Shown: piece by piece, positions 14,196 to 22,112 of the stretch
How positions within the stretch are numbered: position 1 is the stretch's first letter
How the letters are laid out: every line of letters begins with the position of its first letter
Translations under genes and position numbers: made by a program
NCBI RefSeq assembly: GCF_000018105.1
Contig: NC_009928.1
Coordinates: 240,001 to 272,000 of the forward strand
DNA length: 32,000 bases
Origin: Acaryochloris marina MBIC11017
GTDB lineage: Bacteria; Cyanobacteriota; Cyanobacteriia; Thermosynechococcales; Thermosynechococcaceae
Direction: 5' to 3'
Notes under the pieces: model-generated
Databases searched by the model: none
What the model saw: the letters and a program-made list of their open reading frames with translations, nothing else
What the model was told of the DNA's origin: nothing

Positions 14196-17027
14196 ATGAC
14201 TATTGAAGCAAGATATGACATCGACCCCGACCTAACTGGAATCTCTCGTATTACTGATGATTCTCCCATTCAGTTCCTATCGAATCGCCTCGATCATTGG
14301 AAGGGATTGAAACATTATCGATTTGACTTAACCGTTCGCAATTCTTACCAGTTTGCTACTGCACCTAATCATGATGGCAAGCACGGTGGTTCGCTAGAAC
14401 TCACCAGATTTAATAAGAAGTGGACTAATCAGAAACAGGACTACTATCAGTATAAAACCCTCTTTGGTACTGATTCAAGAGACGTTATTTACGAAACCCA
14501 AGACTATAGATACTTGGGGGGTTGGGGTGAATACCTTGACGAAACATTGAAACCTGTTTCACAAAACATATACGGTGGTGGCGGTAATGACACCATTATT
14601 GCTCATGATTTGCAAGGTTATAGCGACAGCGTAAAGAGTTATTTAAACGGTGATCCAAGTAGTATTAATCAATTTCATGGTGAAGCTGGAAATGACATTT
14701 TGAAAGGTAACGCGTTCCAGAACCTCCTGTATGGAGGGACTGGCAACGATACGCTAGATGGTGGCGGAGGCGATGATTTTCTCTCAGGCAATGAAGATAA
14801 TGACAAACTATGGGGTGGAGATGGAGAAGATCAACTCTTTGGCGGAATAGGAAATGACATTCTGGTTGGTGGAGACGGATACGATGAAATAGACGCTGGT
14901 GATGGTGATGACACGATTTTTCTGGATGTTCCAATTGAGGGTAACAATAAGGGTGACTATGTAATTGGTGGAACAGGTGCTGACACCTTCGTCATTGGTG
15001 GCACGACAATGACTACTACTACTACCACCACCACCACACCCTATGACTGGAAGGGGACAGGTTTAGGTGCCACTACTGATGTAATGGGTGCTGTCATTGA
15101 TGGTACTGGTTTAGGTGTCGCCTCGAAAGTTACCAAAGGTGTTGTTGGTGCTGTTATTGATATTTTTAAGGGTGCTGAAAGCAAAAATGTTGAAACAACC
15201 ACAGTGGAATCAGTACCTGGCAACATAGCAACAGGAAATTATATCCAAATCACTGATTTTAATCCTAGAGAAGATGTCATTGTTATTCCTATAAGTGCTG
15301 AACTGTCTAATGTTGGGCGTACTATCACAGATGATAATTTGCGTACGCTAGAACTCTACTACAAAGACAGCGGGCGAGTTTTTGCCGAAATCAAGCTTGA
15401 AGAACTCTATAAACTTTACAACAACGACGAAGTTGCTCTGAATATCAACAACCGTGATGAGTTGGAGAGCGTTTGGGAATCTGTTCTAGACAGCTCACTC
15501 TATCTTGGTACATATGATGCCAATGACTCTAGTCCCACCATTAAGTTAGGTACAACAACAGAAAACTTTAAAAATGCTGATGGCAGTCTTACCGAAATCA
15601 AAACCACTGTATCTGAGCTAGATGCTAACTACATGGTTATTGGCGCTTATGCAGGAGCTAATATTCTTACTTCAGGTAAGGACGATGATCTCTGGGGAAC
15701 TGACTATAATGACGTTCTCGTAGCCTATCCCACAGCTTCCAATAAAGAACCTCAGCATAATGAGATCAATAAGCTATACGGTTTCAACGGGGATGACATT
15801 TTAGCTGGTGGTGCTGGTGCCGATTATTACTTTGGTGGTGACGGTACTGATATTGTGTCTTATGCTGACGATAGATTTGACGATAACGATTCTAATGGCA
15901 TCACAGTTAATCTTGCAGACTCGCTTGAAGGAAATAAAGAAGACTATGCCTACTTAGACCCTGAAAGTGAAAAAGCAATTTTTTCTTGGGCTTGGGATGT
16001 TTATGCAGATCCTCTGGACCCAGATCAGGCTGACAAGCTATTCAGTATTGAGGGCATTATTGGTTCCAAATGGGATGACAGTATTAAAGGAGATAAGTGG
16101 AACAACATATTCAATGGTGGTGACGGAAATGACACCCTAGAGGGTGGCGCCGGAAATGATACTCTCATTGGTGGTGAGGGTGAGGATACCCTAGAGGGTG
16201 GCGGCGGAAATGATACCCTCATTGGTGGTGCTGGTAGCGATACTCTAATCGGCGATGTTGTTGCTGGTAACGATACTCTAATCGTCGATGCTGGTGCAGA
16301 TACTTTTGTGTTAGATACCACTGAAGGTGGCATCGACACGATCAGAGGCTTTAGCCTTGCAGAAAATGATGTGCTCTTGATTGACAATAAGAGCCTAGGT
16401 ACTAGTCATGCGAAAGCCCGGAACTTGAATGGAATGCTCTCCGCTACGGGCCTTAAGCTTCAGTTAGGCAACGTAGGAATTGCGACTATCGAAAACGTCG
16501 ATAGCTCTAACGTTCATCGAGTGCTGGGTCGTGTCGAATTCACCACTAGCTCACACATCAACACACCACTTGGCCTCGGCGATGATTTGCTGGCAACAGG
16601 TGACGGCAATGATAGGCTCACGGGAGGATCGGGTGACGACCTTCTCAGTGGTGGTGCTGGAAATGACACTCTGCTAGGCGGCACGCACAAAGACCTTTTA
16701 CTGGGTGGTCGTGGGGATGATTTACTCGACGGGGGAAAGGGCATTGACCGTCTCTATGGCGGCAGTGGTGCGGACACCTTCGTCATCAACAACACGGTAT
16801 CAGGCCTCAACAAGAGATCAGGCATCGATGTTATCCAAGACTTCAGTGTGGATGAATTCGATCACATTCAGATTGATGCTTCTGTCTTCGGTATCGGGAT
16901 TAACGATCACCATTTAGTTCAGCTTGGCAATGACAGTTTCTTACGAGTGAACAACAGAAAAATTGCACAGCTTACCGGTGTGGATGTGAATACTTTCGTC
17001 ACCGACGAACATGTTAACTTGGTCTAA
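14196..17027 (+). CDS. RTX-type calcium-binding repeat protein (hemolysin-type GGxGxD nonapeptides), 943 aa
   Basis: AAGGAG lies 8 nt upstream of the ATG at 14196. Several blocks of GG.G.D.L.GG.G.D repeats occur at aa ~180-260, 540-560, 640-700 and 790-850. A run of nine Thr is encoded at 15012-15038. No N-terminal signal peptide is evident, which is consistent with type I secretion substrates. Confidence 0.9.
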   Translation: MTIEARYDIDPDLTGISRITDDSPIQFLSNRLDHWKGLKHYRFDLTVRNSYQFATAPNHDGKHGGSLELTRFNKKWTNQKQDYYQYKTLFGTDSRDVIYETQDYRYLGGWGEYLDETLKPVSQNIYGGGGNDTIIAHDLQGYSDSVKSYLNGDPSSINQFHGEAGNDILKGNAFQNLLYGGTGNDTLDGGGGDDFLSGNEDNDKLWGGDGEDQLFGGIGNDILVGGDGYDEIDAGDGDDTIFLDVPIEGNNKGDYVIGGTGADTFVIGGTTMTTTTTTTTTPYDWKGTGLGATTDVMGAVIDGTGLGVASKVTKGVVGAVIDIFKGAESKNVETTTVESVPGNIATGNYIQITDFNPREDVIVIPISAELSNVGRTITDDNLRTLELYYKDSGRVFAEIKLEELYKLYNNDEVALNINNRDELESVWESVLDSSLYLGTYDANDSSPTIKLGTTTENFKNADGSLTEIKTTVSELDANYMVIGAYAGANILTSGKDDDLWGTDYNDVLVAYPTASNKEPQHNEINKLYGFNGDDILAGGAGADYYFGGDGTDIVSYADDRFDDNDSNGITVNLADSLEGNKEDYAYLDPESEKAIFSWAWDVYADPLDPDQADKLFSIEGIIGSKWDDSIKGDKWNNIFNGGDGNDTLEGGAGNDTLIGGEGEDTLEGGGGNDTLIGGAGSDTLIGDVVAGNDTLIVDAGADTFVLDTTEGGIDTIRGFSLAENDVLLIDNKSLGTSHAKARNLNGMLSATGLKLQLGNVGIATIENVDSSNVHRVLGRVEFTTSSHINTPLGLGDDLLATGDGNDRLTGGSGDDLLSGGAGNDTLLGGTHKDLLLGGRGDDLLDGGKGIDRLYGGSGADTFVINNTVSGLNKRSGIDVIQDFSVDEFDHIQIDASVFGIGINDHHLVQLGNDSFLRVNNRKIAQLTGVDVNTFVTDEHVNLV

Positions 17028-17123
17028 TCCCAAGGGGGTGGGTGTTGACCACCGCATTGGAAACGCAATAAACCAGGCAGTACCCACTAATTACTTGAAT
17101 GTTCATTCCCTAGCAATGACTGT

Positions 17124-17161
17124 ATAAAAAGAGCGATCACGGTTGGCCAAACTGTGATCGC
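17124..17161 (-). terminator. intrinsic terminator of the minus-strand operon (after the 286-aa gene)
   Basis: The stem GCGATCAC / GTGATCGC extends to 10 bp with one mismatch. On the minus strand TCTTTTTATAC follows it. Confidence 0.6.
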
Positions 17162-17171
17162 ATTCCCAGTC

Positions 17172-18032
17172 TCACCCCCCGTCGTCCATCCCGTTATTGC
17201 CTCTACTGACATCCCAGAAGAAAGTGGCACGTCTCAAGCCAATGACACCCGCTCCACAACAAGCGAGCACTAGCGAACCGTGATGAAGAGCATCATTGGC
17301 ATCGGGCTTATGGATAAGAGCTTCAGACAAGATGTAATAGGCGTCGAGTCTTGCTTGAGCATAGGTTTTGGTTGTTGTGACACAGGCCAGCTTGCTTTTT
17401 AAGTAGCAGTATTTATGGTTTATCCAGAATATATTTGGATTGGGAGGCACCTTAGTAACTTTTCCTGACGCCACTTCCTCAATCACAGGCATTTGACATC
17501 CTCCATTACTTGGGTTCGCAACCAAGGATCCTTTTGGGGTGTTGACGTATCTTTCGTAATTGTCTAATCCGTGAAGCGTCATGGCATGAACTTCAAGGGC
17601 CAAACCAGGCTTATACCGTCGGTGGTTAATACCTGCCATTAATTCAGGGTTTAACAGGCAATCTGCAAGGTCGGTGTAGGTCTCTTCATCTGAGAAAAAC
17701 AGATGCTTCCAATTCCAAACGTCGTACAGATCTATCTCGTCTAGTTCTGTTTCTGGGTCCACATTTGGCTGATGTGTTGCACCATAATACTTCTGCAATA
17801 GGTAGCAAACATGCTCTGAAAATATGGCTTCTTCTAGGTTTGGGAAGTCTTGAATTGCATTACGTCCGTATTCCCATGCGTCCCAATGGATTGAAAGGAT
17901 ATGCAAAATGGATTCAACTAAATCAAGCTTAGTGCCGGGGAATGTAATGTTTGTTTCTGTTGGCTTATTAATGCGAGGGCCAAAAGTAATCCAGTAAACG
18001 GGGTTGCCCACGGGAGTAACTGCGGTTTTCAT
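17172..18032 (-). CDS. hypothetical protein, 286 aa
   Basis: ATG with GAGGA 8 nt upstream. Protein-like composition; no recognisable family. Confidence 0.65.
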   Translation of the reverse strand: MKTAVTPVGNPVYWITFGPRINKPTETNITFPGTKLDLVESILHILSIHWDAWEYGRNAIQDFPNLEEAIFSEHVCYLLQKYYGATHQPNVDPETELDEIDLYDVWNWKHLFFSDEETYTDLADCLLNPELMAGINHRRYKPGLALEVHAMTLHGLDNYERYVNTPKGSLVANPSNGGCQMPVIEEVASGKVTKVPPNPNIFWINHKYCYLKSKLACVTTTKTYAQARLDAYYILSEALIHKPDANDALHHGSLVLACCGAGVIGLRRATFFWDVSRGNNGMDDGG

Positions 18033-18140
18033 CGCTATTTCCTCAATTGGTTGATAGGTATGAAGTTGAGAATCTGGCTAGGTAATACAGATTCCGCGCG
18101 GATACTGAAAGTAGTGAGAGTTCAATCTTCCGTAGCTTTG

Positions 18141-18350
18141 CTAGTACCGCTGGACAATACCCACCCGTATACTCAAAGCCGTCTCAGACTCAGGTGGTAT
18201 CAGCGGATTGAACTCACTTAACCAGGACGCAACCCGGTCTAGGATCTGATCTGATGGCAGTCCTGTGCATGGGTCTGGGTGCTGACCGTAGTCGGTCTGG
18301 TGGTAGATCCAGGCTTGCTCGATATAGCCGATAAAGGGGTTAGTCGTCAT
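18141..18350 (-). CDS. hypothetical protein, 69 aa
   Basis: ATG with GAGGA 7 nt upstream. No family recognised. Confidence 0.5.
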   Translation of the reverse strand: MTTNPFIGYIEQAWIYHQTDYGQHPDPCTGLPSDQILDRVASWLSEFNPLIPPESETALSIRVGIVQRY

Positions 18351-18388
18351 TGGGGATCCTCGTTATAATTAAATGAAAGGATTTATTT

Positions 18389-18429
18389 ACGACCTCCTGG
18401 GCTGGGAAGATCAAGGAGGTCGTTTTATT
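18389..18429 (+). terminator. terminator-like hairpin with its T-run on the PLUS strand, inside a minus-strand operon
   Basis: A 10-bp perfect stem ACGACCTCCT / AGGAGGTCGT with a 15-nt loop, followed by TTTATT on the plus strand. Confidence 0.35.
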
Positions 18430-18567
18430 GTGGTTGGGTGGGAAGTCTGGGAGGTGGTATTGGGGTAATTGTCATTGGTATCAGAGTTGCGATCGCGTAT
18501 CACCCTCAGTTGATGAGTTGGGAAGGGGCAAATAATATACCCCTCCCTCAAAGCAGCTAAGCCAATA

Positions 18568-19083
18568 TCACAATTCGCCCCGAAGTTCTTCAATGACCCC
18601 ATCCCGCAGCACCATCTCGACCTGCATCTTGCGAATAAAGTGGTCGCCTTGCTTGACGTAAAAGTAGCTATCTACCTGGCCTTGTTCAACTTCCTCGCCC
18701 AGCTCCAATGTTCCGACCTTCTCCAGTTGCTGCAAGACTTGAGCTTTTTGCTGGAGCAGTTCGTTTTTGCGTTGTTCAGCTTGTACCTGGATGCCTTGGA
18801 TCTGGTTCTGGGTTTCGCCTACAGCACTGCTATCGGCCCCAACAACTTGAATCGTATGCTGGCTTAGCTCCTCAACCATTTGATTGACCTGGATGGCCAG
18901 TTGGCCAAGCTGCTCGTCTAACTGATCAACTTGGGACTGGAGAAGTTGCTGTGCCTCGTCTTTCCATATAGGAGTGACGATGGCCTTGATGGTGATTGGA
19001 CGATTGAGTAAGAGCTGATTGGATGATGGAGACTCAACCCAAAGTTCTGGTTTGGGCTGGGTGGGACGGTTTTGAGTAAGCAT
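18568..19083 (-). CDS. YlqD-like coiled-coil protein, 171 aa
   Basis: N-terminal ITIKAIVTP, a central Q/E-rich coiled coil and a C-terminal LELGEEVEQGQVDSYFYVKQGDHF follow the pattern I recall for the YlqD family (V.VK.I.T ... L..GSE...G.V...V.I.VGD). AAGGAG lies upstream of the ATG. Confidence 0.55.
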   Translation of the reverse strand: MLTQNRPTQPKPELWVESPSSNQLLLNRPITIKAIVTPIWKDEAQQLLQSQVDQLDEQLGQLAIQVNQMVEELSQHTIQVVGADSSAVGETQNQIQGIQVQAEQRKNELLQQKAQVLQQLEKVGTLELGEEVEQGQVDSYFYVKQGDHFIRKMQVEMVLRDGVIEELRGEL

Positions 19084-19125
19084 GATTTGCTCTCCTTAAT
19101 TTGATAGTTTTGAAGGTGACGAATT

Positions 19126-19332
19126 AATATACCGCCGCTCTGATTTGCTAGTTGGCGATGCTGGGTAATATGTCACCAGCTTTATTGGCTCCTGTTGGAG
19201 ATGCCAGGTAATGTGCCACCGCTCTGATTTACTTGGTTGGAAGTGACCGATAATCTGCCACCTTGAGAATTTAGCTGAGTGGTGCCAGTGAATATGCCAC
19301 TCTTGTCATTTGCCGAAGTTGGGGCGATGGTC
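19126..19332. repeat. tandem array, ~42-bp period x5, core AATATGCCACC (minus-strand reading GGTGGCATATT)
   Basis: Cores lie at 19126 (AATATACCGCC), 19167 (AATATGTCACC), 19210 (AATGTGCCACC), 19252 (AATCTGCCACC) and 19291 (AATATGCCACT). The flanks GCTCTGATTT(G/A)CT..GTTGG are also shared. Confidence 0.75.
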
Positions 19333-19556
19333 CCCCGCAGCCACCAGCCCCCAAACCCAGCGATGAGGGCGACTAGCACAACTAGCCAACCCCAATAACT
19401 GACATCGCCAAGCACAGCCATGCGGTACTCATGGTCTCGGCGACGTTGGGCAGACTGCATTAGGAATTGCTGGTTGTCGTTAATTTGCTTGCGCTCTCGC
19501 AGGGCCTCAATCCGCTCGTTGTTCTCAAGAATGCTCATCACCCACGAGAACACCAT
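19182..19556 (-). CDS. hypothetical membrane protein, 124 aa (one TM; C-terminal 14-aa repeats)
   Basis: ATG at 19556, with an in-frame GTG at 19565. The TM helix is YWGWLVVLVALIAGFGGWW. The C-terminal tail encoded by the 42-bp array reads SGIFTGTTQLNSQGGRLSVTSNQVNQSGGTLPGISN. Confidence 0.5.
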   Translation of the reverse strand: MVFSWVMSILENNERIEALRERKQINDNQQFLMQSAQRRRDHEYRMAVLGDVSYWGWLVVLVALIAGFGGWWLRGTIAPTSANDKSGIFTGTTQLNSQGGRLSVTSNQVNQSGGTLPGISNRSQ

Positions 19557-19576
19557 TTCGCCCACGAAAGTCCACG

Positions 19577-20218
19577 CTACTCCTCCACCACAGTGGCTTT
19601 TAAGAGCGGCTGCTTTCCCGGCGTCAGTTGATTGGCCGTTAGCTTACTCACTAGCGCAGCCACCTCTGGACGCTGCATAATTTCATCGGCTTTGGCCTGG
19701 ATTCGGGCGTTGACGTATCGGTTGGCACTTTCATCCAACTCACCCAAAACTTGTACAACCTGATGGATGGTATTCTCCGTCGCCAAGTCGATAATCGGAT
19801 CTATCTTCCGCTTCAGAACTTCCGGTAGTTCAGCTCTGGGGATTGCAGATTCTACCAGTGGTACCTCTTCTACCCCTCGCATCTCTGCTTTGACCGCATC
19901 AACAGGGTCAACCCCTTCCTCAGAGACACGCTCACAGACGAGGATAAACAGTGGGTGATATAGGTCGTCTCCTGTCTCAATCCCTTCAGCAGAAATCGCC
20001 TTGTGGATAGGCTTAAGGTCCACTTGATACATCTCAGATGTGTAGATGCACCAGCCATGCGTGTAGGTGTCTGCGTTGTTTTCAGCCTTGAGCTGGAGGA
20101 CACCCTGCAAGGTCTCCAGATCATAGCCGTCCTCGCTCATTCCGCAGGCCCGTAGTAGCTTGTCGAGGTCATTTTGCTCAATGCCCAATGTTTGGGTTAG
20201 GTCAGTTGCATTCGTCAT
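19577..20218 (-). CDS. hypothetical protein, 213 aa
   Basis: ATG ORF with an acidic, protein-like composition. No family recognised. Confidence 0.65.
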   Translation of the reverse strand: MTNATDLTQTLGIEQNDLDKLLRACGMSEDGYDLETLQGVLQLKAENNADTYTHGWCIYTSEMYQVDLKPIHKAISAEGIETGDDLYHPLFILVCERVSEEGVDPVDAVKAEMRGVEEVPLVESAIPRAELPEVLKRKIDPIIDLATENTIHQVVQVLGELDESANRYVNARIQAKADEIMQRPEVAALVSKLTANQLTPGKQPLLKATVVEE

Positions 20219-20243
20219 TGTTTAATTCTCCAAATGTTGTGCT

Positions 20244-20362
20244 GGTGGAATATGCCACCGTGGATTTTGATGGCAGCAAAGAAGGGACATGTGAATATGC
20301 CACCGTGGGTTTTGATATCGGTAGTGAGAGGACATATGAATATGCCCCCTCACTTTTTTTTG
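20244..20362. repeat. tandem array, 45-bp period x2.5, core GAATATGCCACC; fully intergenic
   Basis: GAATATGCCACCGTGGaTTTTGAT at 20248, GAATATGCCACCGTGGgTTTTGAT at 20293, and GAATATGCCCCC at 20338 followed by T8. Confidence 0.8.
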
Positions 20363-20365
20363 CGG

Positions 20366-20764
20366 TCAGTCGTCCATAACGAACTCTTCAAATTCCGCTT
20401 GCGACTCATCCCAAGGGGGTGTGTCATCAAGGTCATCGGCTTCCGCTGGTAATGTGCCACCAGGGTTACTCAGTGTTGGTGCAACCATGACGGGTAGGGG
20501 CACCTCTGCTTCAGCTAGCCCCAAAGCCATCTGGTAATAGCCTTCAACTTGGACCCTAGAAACTTCAATAGCCCCTTGAATCGCAGCTCGATTACGAGTC
20601 TGGATGGCGACAGACAGCACCTTTAGCACAGAAAACATAATGTCCATGCATAGCCGGGTAAAACTGGGTCCAGGGCCGTAGTGATTGCGAACCGTTTTGA
20701 CAATTACCCCTCGCTCAGAGGTGAGTTTCCACTGAGTCTTTACCTTGAAATAGATATCAGACAT
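20366..20764 (-). CDS. 132-aa protein, candidate ParR-like segregation adaptor (acidic C-terminal tail)
   Basis: Its start overlaps the stop of the actin-like ATPase gene by 8 nt, suggesting translational coupling. The N-terminus is beta-strand-like (DIYFKVKTQWKLT). The C-terminal tail is DDLDDTPPWDESQAEFEEFVMDD. The function is inferred from position only. Confidence 0.55.
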   Translation of the reverse strand: MSDIYFKVKTQWKLTSERGVIVKTVRNHYGPGPSFTRLCMDIMFSVLKVLSVAIQTRNRAAIQGAIEVSRVQVEGYYQMALGLAEAEVPLPVMVAPTLSNPGGTLPAEADDLDDTPPWDESQAEFEEFVMDD

Positions 20765-21875
20765 TGCTCACCTCCGCTTTTGCACGCTTAGCTGACTTAG
20801 TAGTCTTGGTTGTCTTGACACTTTTACGAGTGGGGGGAGCTTGCAACGTTTCAGGACGATCTGCACTCTGCCGCCATACCAGATAGGCATCCGTCAGACG
20901 GTAGGTCATCGGAGACTTTGACCATTCTGGGAATTCCTGACCAATAGTGCGAATCACAGGGCCTAGGGAGTCCATCTTGCCACTAAAGAATTCCTTGAGC
21001 TGCTTAGACCAGGCGGGCGCACCCCCTCCCGCAACATAGATGCGCTTGGCTTGCACCACATCTATGTCACTACTCAATTGATGCTGGAGATTCACCCAGT
21101 ACAGATCCCTAGCTTGGCGTAAGGAAGCCACGATGGGGCCAGCTTTCTCACCCAATGTCTTCTCAAGCCCTTTCTGGCCAACCCCCTGGGAAAAAATCAG
21201 CTTGGCACCCGTCAGCTCATTCGATGGTGTCCAGTTCATATGGTGCTGAATCATCAATGAGCCTCGTCCAGCCCAGGTCTGGATATAGCCCAAGCCACTA
21301 TGCTCATCCTTGACCTTCGTCAAAGTGAAGTCCTTGTGACCAAACATCAGAATAATCGAGGGGTAGACCTTGGCATACGAGACGATTCCCGCACTCTCTG
21401 GCAAGACATTCACAAACCTCGGCGCACAGGTCAGTTGCTTCGGCCCGTACAAAAACTTGCTGACGTACTTCGCCAAATCTCGCTTCATCTGGGCAAAGCT
21501 TGGCTCCTCACTCTGAGGCAAGAGCAAGTCCAAATACATCTCGCAACCATTCCCAGCCTTCGAGATGGCATACCCCGCAATCGACAGCACCTTGGCAATC
21601 GCTTCAGGGTGCTTGTGCTGATCTGTATTCGTCTGCCTGAGATTGGTTTCGGCAATCTGGCCCGTCTGCCAGTACATCCCTCCATAGCCAAGGAGAGAAC
21701 TGTGAGCGGAGTTGTCGTGGTCCGACTCCTCATACAGACTCTCGGTTGTTCTGAGGACAGCAGATGGTTGTGTAATACATTCCTCAATCGGAAGCTTGCC
21801 ATCCGGTGCAATTTGCAAGAAGGCTTTGGTCAAACTTGCACCGACATCGACCGTCAAAAATATTTTTGTAGTCAT
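20757..21875 (-). CDS. actin-fold ATPase, ParM/StbA-like plasmid segregation protein, 372 aa
   Basis: The phosphate-1-like motif is FLTVDVGASLTKAF and the adenosine/phosphate-2-like motif is IYVAGGGAPAW. The size and the position next to the relaxase fit. I chose the ATG at 21875; a TTG lies at 21920. Confidence 0.6.
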   Translation of the reverse strand: MTTKIFLTVDVGASLTKAFLQIAPDGKLPIEECITQPSAVLRTTESLYEESDHDNSAHSSLLGYGGMYWQTGQIAETNLRQTNTDQHKHPEAIAKVLSIAGYAISKAGNGCEMYLDLLLPQSEEPSFAQMKRDLAKYVSKFLYGPKQLTCAPRFVNVLPESAGIVSYAKVYPSIILMFGHKDFTLTKVKDEHSGLGYIQTWAGRGSLMIQHHMNWTPSNELTGAKLIFSQGVGQKGLEKTLGEKAGPIVASLRQARDLYWVNLQHQLSSDIDVVQAKRIYVAGGGAPAWSKQLKEFFSGKMDSLGPVIRTIGQEFPEWSKSPMTYRLTDAYLVWRQSADRPETLQAPPTRKSVKTTKTTKSAKRAKAEVSNV

Positions 21876-22112
21876 GTTGAAAAACCTATCGGTTTGGTCA
21901 AGGTAATGTACCCCCGCCAAAATTGCGGTTTTTGGGGGTCGATTGGGGGTCGTTTAGGTACTCGAAAGCCCTATTTGCAAGGATCCTAGAGATGGTGCTA
22001 CTTTGGGGGCAGATTCAAGAGGTTCTGGAGGGGTCGCTGAGGCTCCCACACCCATCACCACTCCGAGGCACCGGAACGGAAATTTACCCAATCGGACTGA
22101 CCCTAAATTTTC

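Noticed and set aside
15012-15038. ACY trinucleotide run (poly-Thr) in the RTX gene as a phase-variation switch
   Set aside because: The repeat unit is 3 nt, so slippage changes length but not frame. It may be polymorphic, but it is not an on/off switch.
16025-16744. Minus-strand ORFs (120 aa, 76 aa) rich in PPS/RVS repeats inside the RTX gene
   Set aside because: Their periodicity mirrors the antisense reading of the GGxGxD repeats. They are shadow ORFs.
11174-18497. GCGATCGC octamers (11174, ~12456, ~12916, ~18490) as regulatory palindromes
   Set aside because: This is the HIP1 element that is abundant throughout many cyanobacterial genomes. I used it only as a taxonomic hint.
18411-18602. 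63-aa minus-strand ORF between the YlqD-like and 69-aa genes
   Set aside because: It overlaps the end of the YlqD-like gene and spans the hairpin at 18389-18429. It has a low-complexity T/N/P-rich tail and no SD. It is kept only as a remote possibility.
19126-20362. The 42-bp and 45-bp arrays as a CRISPR array
   Set aside because: The period is too short. The 'spacers' between cores are themselves homologous between units. There are no cas genes and no 28-37-nt invariant repeat.
20188-20452. Plus-strand ORFs of 63 and 72 aa across the 45-bp array (…NMPPWILMAAKKGHVNMPPWVLI…)
   Set aside because: The apparent peptide repeat is just the translation of the tandem DNA repeat on the non-operon strand. 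There are no start signals.
21300-21989. 229-aa plus-strand ORF antisense to the ParM-like gene
   Set aside because: It is Arg/Leu-rich with antisense-type composition. It lies entirely within, or overlapping, a gene with recognisable actin-fold motifs.
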